Shown here: piece after piece, positions 1 to 6,891 of the stretch
Layout of the letters: each line of letters begins with the position of its first letter
Position numbering within the stretch: the first letter of the stretch is position 1
Source: a virus
Virus genome (UHGV): UHGV-1717511
Reading direction: 5' to 3' (one strand)
DNA: 10,344 bases
Made by a program: the position numbers and the translations under genes
Notes under the pieces: model-generated
Databases searched by the model: none
Told to the model about the DNA's origin: nothing
The model's input: the letters and a program-made list of their open reading frames with translations, nothing else

Positions 1-46
1 TACACGTAAGGAGTCGTCGGCAGCGTCAGATGTGTATAAGAGACAG
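1..46. other. Synthetic library adapter: tail of P5 (tacac), an 8-nt i5 index (gtaaggag), then the Nextera read-1 adapter TCGTCGGCAGCGTC plus the 19-nt Tn5 mosaic end AGATGTGTATAAGAGACAG (28..46). Not biological.
   Basis: Seen in sequence: exact match to the Nextera transposase adapter as I recall it. The index gtaaggag matches my memory of index 505; that should be checked against the vendor list. Confidence 0.9.
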
Positions 47-107
47 ATATTTGATGGTATATTTATATAAGAAGTTGAAAGCTCATTAGAAAACAAAGGA
101 AAAACGC

Positions 108-1343
108 ATGACTACTACTGCACTGCAAAATGAAAAAAATCCTTCTGATTACCTTGTTTGCAAGTGGTGCGGAAAATCATTTCACTATTTTAAGTCCCAT
201 GTAGCCAATGGTAATTGCGAGGGCATTCCTGAGTCAGTAAAAGATGCCGATCCTGACACCGTACTGAAAATGTACACAACGCAGTTTCCAGATGAGCCAA
301 CGCTATCGAAAAAGGCACTTGATGCAATTCAAGCTAAACGTGCCGAGCAAAAAAGCGAAATGGCCAAATCATCTGGCGTGACCAATAGCCCAGGCTATAC
401 AGGCACAGTTGAGTACAAGACAGATCTGGTCGCAGCTCACGAACTGCTAAATGTAACGGTGAAAGAACTCGGAACAAAACGTGGGACGCCGCTCATGGTT
501 AGCGTCAACGTCAATACGCCGTTTCCAGAGTTCGTTCCAGAAGTGAAGAAGGGATACGTATATGGCGACTTCGAACTGATCAAAGACATTTTCATGATGC
601 TTGAACTTGGCATACCAGGCTATTTGTGGGGTCATGCAGGAACAGGCAAATCTTCATTGCCTACACAACTATGTGCTTTGCTCAATCGTCCGTTAATCCG
701 TGCCCAACATACAGCATCAATGGAAGAGGCTCATGTTACGGGACAAATTCTGGCGCGTGATGGCTCTACGTATTTCGAGCCTGGCTTGCTTGCGCTCGCA
801 ATGAAGCATGGCTGGGTTTACCTCGCGGATGAATACGACTTTGCGTTTCCACAGATTCTTGGCGTGTATCAGCCAGTGCTGGAAGGTGAAGCGTTGGTCA
901 TCAAAGAGGCGACTCCAGAATGGCGTCGCATTACTCCGCATGAACGGTTTGCTTTCATTGGCACTGGCAACACGAACGGATCTGGTGATGAAACCGGCTT
1001 GTACCAGGGTACAAACATCCAGAACGCCGCTAACTTTTCGCGTTTTGGCATCGTTTCGAATGTGAAATACATGAGCAAAGAGGCAGAGATCAGCATGTTG
1101 ATAAATGCTGGCATCGTGGATGAATACGCTGAAAAGATGGTTAAGTTTGCCGGTATCGTTCGCGATGGATACGAAGAACACCTGATCAGTCAGCCGATTG
1201 GCCCTCGTGAACTTTTGTTGTCGGCCAAGATTGGAATGATGCGAGGCGACTTTGTGACAGGTATTGAGCGTTCTTTCATTAACAAACTCCCTTCAGCTTC
1301 TGCGCAAGCGGCACGTGAAGTTGTTCAAAAAATATTTGGTTAA
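108..1343 (+). CDS. CobS-like AAA+ ATPase (MoxR/CobS family), 411 aa, with an N-terminal extension of about 170 aa
   Basis: Seen: Walker A GHAGTGKSS, Walker B VYLADEYD, and the stretch FAFIGTGNTNGSGDETGLYQGTNIQNAANFSRFGI, which parallels the CobS sensor region as I recall it. SD aagga sits 7 nt upstream of the ATG at 108. Family call is from memory of CobS motifs, not a search. Confidence 0.8.
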   Translation: MTTTALQNEKNPSDYLVCKWCGKSFHYFKSHVANGNCEGIPESVKDADPDTVLKMYTTQFPDEPTLSKKALDAIQAKRAEQKSEMAKSSGVTNSPGYTGTVEYKTDLVAAHELLNVTVKELGTKRGTPLMVSVNVNTPFPEFVPEVKKGYVYGDFELIKDIFMMLELGIPGYLWGHAGTGKSSLPTQLCALLNRPLIRAQHTASMEEAHVTGQILARDGSTYFEPGLLALAMKHGWVYLADEYDFAFPQILGVYQPVLEGEALVIKEATPEWRRITPHERFAFIGTGNTNGSGDETGLYQGTNIQNAANFSRFGIVSNVKYMSKEAEISMLINAGIVDEYAEKMVKFAGIVRDGYEEHLISQPIGPRELLLSAKIGMMRGDFVTGIERSFINKLPSASAQAAREVVQKIFG

Positions 1344-1395
1344 TCGTGCGTAAAGGATGTTTCGGCTCTCTTATCGCTGCTTCTGAAACTGGCAA

Positions 1396-1422
1396 GGCTT
1401 GTCTGGTGTGTCCAGACAAGCC
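1396..1422 (+). other. Perfect 11-bp stem / 5-nt loop hairpin (GGCTTGTCTGG tgtgt CCAGACAAGCC) in the 180-nt gap between the ATPase gene and dnaE; no T-tract follows
   Basis: Seen in sequence. It is not a canonical intrinsic terminator because no U-run follows. Function is inferred (RNA processing or regulatory structure). Confidence 0.5.
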
Positions 1423-1523
1423 CGATTGTCACCAATCAGCAAAAGAAGTTGCGATTTCGATGTATGGGAAGTTCGTAGGCTTCCCCAATGACAAAATCAA
1501 AAAAACCAGAAAGGTAAAAACAC

Positions 1524-4500
1524 ATGAAGGCTCTGATGGTTCGAACTGACTTCTCTCTTGGGGAGTCGGCTCTAAAAGCAGAAAACGCGGTGAAGATTGC
1601 CAGAGAAGCTGGCTACACCGCTGTAATTTCGGCAGATAGCATGAATATTGCGAGTGTTATTCCACTACAACGTGCCGCTGGTGACGACATGGCGGTTATT
1701 TGTGGTGTGAAACTAAACATTGTTGATGATCCCACATACGAGCACCGGGCTAAACTTGCTAAAGAGTCTATGGGATGTATGGAATCATTAGAGCGTGGGC
1801 GGAACTACTCCTTTACCGCTCTAATTAAAAATGAGCAGGGATATCGAGACATCTGCGAACTAATGACGGCGGCCAACACACGAGAACAGTTCTACTTTGT
1901 ACCGCGTCTCTCGCTCGAACAGTTGGTTTCTACATATGCCAAAGGCAACATCATCCTGCTCACTGCCGACATCGGTAGCGTGTTCCAACGCAACGATTTT
2001 GCAAAAATCATAAGCTCACTGATTACAGCGGGTGGAAAAGACAACTTCTATAGTGTGGTTTATCCGCACCCTACCCCATTCTACGACCAGATTAACGTCC
2101 GGGCGATGAAAGTCGCCAGCGCACTGAAAATAGAGCCAGTAGCGTTCTATCCCGCTTATTACGAATCGATCGACGATGCAGACATTAAAGACATTGCGCA
2201 CATGGTTACGAACAACATCAAAATCGACCAGCCGCATCGTCTGCGTATCCCCCACCAGCGAGATAACGCCGTCAATGGTCGCCGCCATCTCCTTGAGGCG
2301 CTGAAAGCCTTCTCCGTTCGCATGGATGTGCCGGTAACAGCTGCAATGGCCTCAACAACGCAGGATACCATTATCGATGCCTGCACATGGCGCTGGCATG
2401 AATTGCCACCAGCACTGCCAAAGATGGCAGACGACGAGCCTGCAACGCTGATGAAACTGGCCGTTGCTGGGCTGCGTAAACGTCTTACCACAAAAGAGTT
2501 TGGCTACACACCACCGGCTTCTGAGAACAGGGTTTATGTTGAGCGACTTAAGTACGAAATGGACACGCTTACTCGCCTGGGATTTTGTGGTTACTTCCTG
2601 ATGGTACGCGATCTGATGAATCACAGCCGTGAAACTGGCATTCCTGTCGGGCCTGGTCGTGGTTCCTCCGCTGGCTCTTTGGTGGCATGGTGCATAGGCA
2701 TAACCAACGTCGACCCTATCCGTCACGGTCTTCTGTTTGAACGTTTCATCAACCCTGAGCGTCTCGACTTGCCAGATGCGGACTTGGACTTCAGCCAGGC
2801 ACGTCGCCATGAGGTGATCGAGTATCTGAATGAACGCTACGGCGAAGATTACGTTGCAGGCATTCCGAACTTCACCTACCTGGGCGCGGCCTCTGCACTA
2901 CGTGACACCGCTCGTATTTATGGTGTGGAGTCCGCAGATATGGCGGTATCAAAAGAACTGAAGAACGTCGAGGATGATAGCCTTCCATTGGAAGAGCTGC
3001 GCGAACAACTGGCAAGCCTCGACAAATACGCGACAAAATATCCTGATGCATTCAATGCAGCCTGCAAGTTACAAAGCCTTATGCGTGGCTATGGTAGACA
3101 TGCGGCAGGGATGATCGTAGCAGGTGTTCCTCTGACAGAACGAACACCGGTTGAACGACGTGGTGACGCGCGTTGTATCGCATTTGACAAGCGTTACTGC
3201 GAGGCTATGGGCCTAATTAAGCTGGACGTACTTGGCCTGGCGACTCTCGATTTGCTCGATAGTGCAAAACGCTACATTAAAGAGAACACAGGTGAGGATA
3301 TCAATCTTGATGCCATTTCTCTTGAAGATCGCAAGGTGCTGGATGGTTTTGCTGCTGGGTACACTCAAGGTGTTTTCCAGCTTGAATCAGGCCCAATGCG
3401 CAAGCTGCTTAAAGATTTAGGTGGTGGAATTGAGCCAATGAGCTTTAAAACGGTCGTTGCTACGACTGCGCTCTTCCGGCCGGGGCCAATTCAGTCAGGC
3501 ATGTTGGATGATTATGTTTCTGTCGCCAAAGGCTTTATGACGCCGGAATCATTACACCCCGTTCTTGATGAACTTACCGCAGAAACAAATGGCGTGATTC
3601 TTTATCAGGAACAGACGATGAACGCGACTCGATTGCTTGCGGGCTTCACAATGGCTGAAGCTGACGGCGTTCGTAAAGCGATCGGCAAAAAAGACATGGA
3701 GAAAATGAAGAGCATGGGTGAGAAGTTCATCGTTCAGGCTCAAGCTGGCTGGATAGACGTTGAGCTGGAAGATGGCACTACACAGCGCATTCACCGTGCG
3801 GAACATTTTAAATGCGAAGACGGAACACTGAAAACTGTCGAAGAGGCGCTTGAACACGGCGCAAAACTACCTATAAACGCAGTACGCGTGACAGCGTCAC
3901 ACCCAGGGCTATCAGAGATGAAAGCGAAGGAGATCTGGACCGCATTCGAAAAAAATGGTGCCTACCAGTTCAACAAATCACACTCTGTTGCTTACTCCTT
4001 GATCAGTTATCAATCTATGTGGTTGAAAACTCATTATCCCGCAGAGTTTTTCGCTGCTGCTCTCACTATTCTTGGCGAAGATAAACACCAGGGGCTGGTT
4101 AAAGATGCGCTGACCTATGGTATTCGCGTATTGCCACCAGACGTTAACGTGTCATCCAACCGAATCGAGATCCGCACGCTTGAAGATGGCAGCCAGGTGC
4201 TGTATGCGCCCTTCTCTGCTGTGAAGGGGTGTTCTGAGAATGGCTGCCAAGCCATCATGAGAGCGCGAGAAAAAGTTGGCGGCAAATTCGAGTCACTGGC
4301 GCAATTCGAAGAAGCTGTCGAGAAACGTGCCTGTAATAGTCGAGTGCGCGAATCGCTGCAAAAAGTAGGGGCGTTTGCATCCATCGAGCCAGGTAGTCTG
4401 CCAGCAACTGATCCAGAGCGCCTACGCGACCAGGCTGAATTGATGGGAAACCTTGTCATAGACGCAGTTAAAGCCTCACGTCCGTTTGAGATGAACCCCA

Positions 4501-5042
4501 AACGTTCGGCTGAGATTAACGTGCTCATGACACGGATGGCGGCTGAAATGGGCTTAGGTGATGAACTAATCCGCCCCAGCATTGGTATTAAGCCGAAAAT
4601 CATGATCATTCTGGACAATGCGAACGGCAATGATGCTCGAACCGGTTACTTTATGGAGAACGGATACGACGATTTTAAGGCCAAGCTATTGACGGCTGGA
4701 GATTTACGCATGGGCGATCTCTATGTCACAGGCGTTTGCAAGAAGGTTAAAGACAAAGAAAAAGACTACACCAAAGACGAGATCGGCCAGTTCACCGACT
4801 TTATGCGTGAAGAGATCAATCTGGTGCGTCCAACCTATGTGCTGACGTGTGGCAGCCGGGCGACATCGCTCTTCAACAACAAGAGCAAACCATCCGACCT
4901 GGTTGGACGCAAAGAGTATCTGCCGGAGCTGGATGTGACTGTTTTCTACGGATTTAACCCGAATATTTTGTACTTTCGCCCAGAGGAAGGCGAAAAGCTG
5001 GAAGCAATTCTTGCAGAGGTAGCGGAGACTATTAGCAAATGA
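1524..5042 (+). CDS. dnaE: DnaE-type DNA polymerase III alpha-like catalytic subunit, 1172 aa, with an extra C-terminal domain (about aa 1023-1172) resembling a degenerate UDG fold
   Basis: Seen: GFCGYFLMVRDLMNHSRETGIPVGPGRGSSAGSLVAWCIGITNVDPIRHGLLFERFINPERLDLPDADLDF (Pol III alpha palm signature), ILYQEQTMNATRLLAGFTMAEADGVRKAIGKK and YQFNKSHSVAYSLISYQSMWLKTHYPAEFFAA. The first PHP motif lacks the canonical His pair (MVRTDFSLGES). SD aagg is 9 nt upstream of the ATG. Assignment rests on established DnaE motifs recalled from memory. Confidence 0.9.
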   Translation: MKALMVRTDFSLGESALKAENAVKIAREAGYTAVISADSMNIASVIPLQRAAGDDMAVICGVKLNIVDDPTYEHRAKLAKESMGCMESLERGRNYSFTALIKNEQGYRDICELMTAANTREQFYFVPRLSLEQLVSTYAKGNIILLTADIGSVFQRNDFAKIISSLITAGGKDNFYSVVYPHPTPFYDQINVRAMKVASALKIEPVAFYPAYYESIDDADIKDIAHMVTNNIKIDQPHRLRIPHQRDNAVNGRRHLLEALKAFSVRMDVPVTAAMASTTQDTIIDACTWRWHELPPALPKMADDEPATLMKLAVAGLRKRLTTKEFGYTPPASENRVYVERLKYEMDTLTRLGFCGYFLMVRDLMNHSRETGIPVGPGRGSSAGSLVAWCIGITNVDPIRHGLLFERFINPERLDLPDADLDFSQARRHEVIEYLNERYGEDYVAGIPNFTYLGAASALRDTARIYGVESADMAVSKELKNVEDDSLPLEELREQLASLDKYATKYPDAFNAACKLQSLMRGYGRHAAGMIVAGVPLTERTPVERRGDARCIAFDKRYCEAMGLIKLDVLGLATLDLLDSAKRYIKENTGEDINLDAISLEDRKVLDGFAAGYTQGVFQLESGPMRKLLKDLGGGIEPMSFKTVVATTALFRPGPIQSGMLDDYVSVAKGFMTPESLHPVLDELTAETNGVILYQEQTMNATRLLAGFTMAEADGVRKAIGKKDMEKMKSMGEKFIVQAQAGWIDVELEDGTTQRIHRAEHFKCEDGTLKTVEEALEHGAKLPINAVRVTASHPGLSEMKAKEIWTAFEKNGAYQFNKSHSVAYSLISYQSMWLKTHYPAEFFAAALTILGEDKHQGLVKDALTYGIRVLPPDVNVSSNRIEIRTLEDGSQVLYAPFSAVKGCSENGCQAIMRAREKVGGKFESLAQFEEAVEKRACNSRVRESLQKVGAFASIEPGSLPATDPERLRDQAELMGNLVIDAVKASRPFEMNPKRSAEINVLMTRMAAEMGLGDELIRPSIGIKPKIMIILDNANGNDARTGYFMENGYDDFKAKLLTAGDLRMGDLYVTGVCKKVKDKEKDYTKDEIGQFTDFMREEINLVRPTYVLTCGSRATSLFNNKSKPSDLVGRKEYLPELDVTVFYGFNPNILYFRPEEGEKLEAILAEVAETISK

Positions 5043-5182
5043 ACAAAGCGAACACCATGAAGGTGGCCAAAGAGCAAAGAGTTTATGGAAGTAAACAAGA
5101 TTGGCGATGTGAGACAGTACAGGCTGAAGCGCCAGACCAGAGTCACGCTATCCAATATTTTTGGTAAGAAAGTCGCCTAATG

Positions 5183-5213
5183 AAAAGCTCGTCAATTGAC
5201 GAGCTTTTCATTT
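5183..5213. terminator. Bidirectional intrinsic terminator between the convergent dnaE (+) and the antisense gene (-): palindrome AAAAGCTCGTC aatt GACGAGCTTTT followed by CATTT
   Basis: Seen: perfect palindrome with a GC-rich core and A/T arms, giving a U-run after the stem on either strand. It lies 3 nt from the - strand stop codon (TAG, + 5216..5218). Confidence 0.65.
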
Positions 5214-5215
5214 GA

Positions 5216-6199
5216 CTATCTTGAATTAGGGGCTTTCTCTATAATTATTCGATTCAGAATATGATTACGATCACTGTATGGTTCGAAATGTTCTGCAATC
5301 GAGTATGAACCGACACTACGTGCGACCACATCTTCAAAATATTCAAGGATTTTAGGTAGATACTTTTCATAATTTTGTGAACAAATCGACACTACAGGAT
5401 CGAATTCTACTAATCGACGCTTTACACGTATATGGTTATTTATTTTTTCATATTCATTCATCATAGAGTTCAAGTCTGGTACTACCCGCTCAGGGCTACA
5501 CAGGTAGGTGCTGCGGTCATACTCGTCTCCGAATTTATCAAGAGGAACACCTATCTCTAGCAACGTCTTGTTTACTCGCTTTGCAAGCTCAATTATCTCT
5601 TTATCTTCTTCTGTAAGCCACATGTCGACCCACTTTGGTTTGTCTGCCCATTCAGACAGATAATCATCCTTATTGAAAGTTACAGGAGCACATCCAGAGT
5701 CACTTCTTAATGCTTTATCCTTTATTTTAGAAATTGTTTTTTTATCTAAATGCTTCCAATAAATAGCAGGTTCGTCTAATTCATTATCATCGTGTAGGCA
5801 TATCAAAACAATTACCACAGGAAAATCACAACTTCCCCAATAGGTTATATTTTTATAAGGTATTTGTACGCTTAACCTTCTCTTCATTTTGCGTGAGGTG
5901 GTTTTTATCTGAACGCCGATAAAAAAACCTGTCGAAAGATTATTTTCATATATTTCAACCTGAGCATCCAATCCCATATCAATATCTAGCAATCGACAAG
6001 GCCATCTGAAATAACGAGAAATCCAATAGGCAAACAAGTACTCTCCAGCGTGTCCATCCGCACTGGTTTTCGGATATGTCATACCTTCAGTTTTATTCTT
6101 TTCTGCCGCTGGCTTTACAGACTTAGCTTTTGGGGGGAGGGCTGTTTTTTTAGTCGGCACTGACTTTGTTGCTTTGACTTGTTTGTTAGCCTTATCCAT
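5216..6199 (-). CDS. AT-rich antisense gene: predicted PD-(D/E)xK-type nuclease-like protein (DUF4365-like core) with an N-terminal Lys/Ala/Pro-rich tail, about 327 aa. A TTG at 6214 would add 5 aa; the ATG at 6199 is more likely.
   Basis: Seen: long ORF; tail KQVKATKSVPTKKTALPPKAKSVKPAAEKNK; core GHAGEYLFAYWISRYFRWPCRLLDIDMGLDAQVEIYENNLSTGFFIGVQIKTT, i.e. a D-x-D ... E ... Q-x-K arrangement. Hand counts on several 60-nt lines give roughly 23-43% GC here against roughly 47-60% in neighbouring genes. Family resemblance is from memory, not a search. No strong SD; AGGAGG is 20 nt upstream of the TTG. Confidence 0.65.
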   Translation of the reverse strand: MDKANKQVKATKSVPTKKTALPPKAKSVKPAAEKNKTEGMTYPKTSADGHAGEYLFAYWISRYFRWPCRLLDIDMGLDAQVEIYENNLSTGFFIGVQIKTTSRKMKRRLSVQIPYKNITYWGSCDFPVVIVLICLHDDNELDEPAIYWKHLDKKTISKIKDKALRSDSGCAPVTFNKDDYLSEWADKPKWVDMWLTEEDKEIIELAKRVNKTLLEIGVPLDKFGDEYDRSTYLCSPERVVPDLNSMMNEYEKINNHIRVKRRLVEFDPVVSICSQNYEKYLPKILEYFEDVVARSVGSYSIAEHFEPYSDRNHILNRIIIEKAPNSR

Positions 6200-6300
6200 T
6201 GGTTTTATTCTCAATTTGCTTTGCTCGGTGTGCCTCCTGATTCTGCACCTTAGCGCCGATACTGTCTACCGCCAATCATGACAGTAAAGCTCTATTTGTT

Positions 6301-6309
6301 TGATATAAT
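6301..6309 (+). promoter_or_regulatory. Putative sigma70-type extended -10 element TGATATAAT, about 35 nt upstream of the next + strand gene; weak -35-like ATGACA at 6278..6283 with a 20-nt spacer
   Basis: Seen: exact TGnTATAAT. It is placed where + strand transcription would need to restart after the bidirectional terminator and the antisense gene. Promoter activity is inferred. Confidence 0.4.
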
Positions 6310-6342
6310 CAGATACACGAAAGTAAGTTTGAGCATATCAAT

Positions 6343-6774
6343 ATGAACACCGATATTTACGAGAAAATAATGTCTGATCTCGAGTTTGACAGAGACAATC
6401 TGGAAGACGTCTGGCGTAAACAACCTCGCCTGTTGATGGAGTATGGTTCAAAGCTCGCCCATGCAGAAAGAAGTGTCGCAGAGGCAAAACTTAACCTTGA
6501 AGCTGTTGAAGCAAAGCTATACGACACAGAGCGTAAAAACTTGAGTATGAACGGCATTAAGTTTAACGAATCTGTACTAGACGCTAAGGTTAAAACAAAC
6601 CCACAGTATCTGTCTAAACGGCAGAAGTTGGATGAAGCACGGCACATCGCAGACATATACAAACATGCTGTCGCCGCCTTTTCGCATCGCCGAGACATGA
6701 TCGTTCAGGCGTCGAAGATGGCTATCGTTGAATTAGAGCGATTAGGCTCTGAACGCTTTATTACTCCCCGTTGA
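6343..6774 (+). CDS. Small helical protein, possibly a UvsY-like recombination mediator, 143 aa (alternative start ATG at 6370)
   Basis: Seen: ORF with weak RBS. Size and segments such as DAKVKTNPQYLSKRQKL and HAVAAFSHRRDMI resemble T4 UvsY as I recall it. Context supports it: upstream of a gp32-like SSB and a RecA-family recombinase. Function is inference. Confidence 0.45.
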   Translation: MNTDIYEKIMSDLEFDRDNLEDVWRKQPRLLMEYGSKLAHAERSVAEAKLNLEAVEAKLYDTERKNLSMNGIKFNESVLDAKVKTNPQYLSKRQKLDEARHIADIYKHAVAAFSHRRDMIVQASKMAIVELERLGSERFITPR

Positions 6775-6778
6775 TTTT

Positions 6779-6809
6779 TGATAGATAATAAGTAAGTACT
6801 GATCTATCA
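6779..6809 (+). promoter_or_regulatory. AT-rich inverted repeat TGATAGAT-N15-ATCTATCA in the leader upstream of the SSB gene; candidate operator or RNA structure
   Basis: Seen: 8-bp perfect inverted repeat arms. A regulatory role is inferred only. Confidence 0.3.
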
Positions 6810-6891
6810 TTTAACAGCTCGAAAGAGCCACGAATGAACGAAAGCCCAACGCGCATAGCGCCATCGGCCAAATCACAACAAGGAGAAACAC

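Noticed and set aside
47-107. Promoter-like hexamers (TTGATG, TATAAG) upstream of the first gene
   Set aside because: The spacing is wrong for a sigma70 promoter and any -35 element would fall in adapter sequence. It cannot be evaluated at the contig edge.
717-1181. Antisense and alternative-frame ORFs inside the large genes (for example 717..1181 -, 808..1065 +, 2016..2810 -, 3552..3857 -, 4115..4630 -, 7957..8367 -, 8400..8642 -, 8993..9274 -, 9309..9714 -, 9996..10259 +, 10030..10314 -)
   Set aside because: They lie entirely within, or overlap, well-supported genes with clear family motifs, have no RBS, and look like shadow ORFs. The last one runs into adapter sequence.
1346-1549. 67-aa Cys-rich ORF from the six-frame track
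   Set aside because: GTG start 2 nt after the upstream stop with no SD, it overlaps dnaE by 26 nt, and its CxxC motif is encoded by a perfect palindrome. A structural hairpin explains the sequence better. Not fully excluded.
1524-5042. Possibility of an intein or self-splicing intron within the polymerase gene
   Set aside because: The ORF is uninterrupted at 1172 aa, which is normal for Pol III alpha, with motifs in the expected order. Only a short insertion of about 40 aa was noted, far too small for an intein.
5057-5167. 36-aa ORF in the spacer between the dnaE stop and the bidirectional terminator
   Set aside because: No SD, no recognisable motif, very short. Probably non-coding spacer.
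6263-6286. CTGT ... ACAG inverted elements upstream of the + strand promoter, considered as a LexA/SOS box
   Set aside because: The spacing between CTGT and ACAG is about 15 nt, not the 8 nt of the canonical box.
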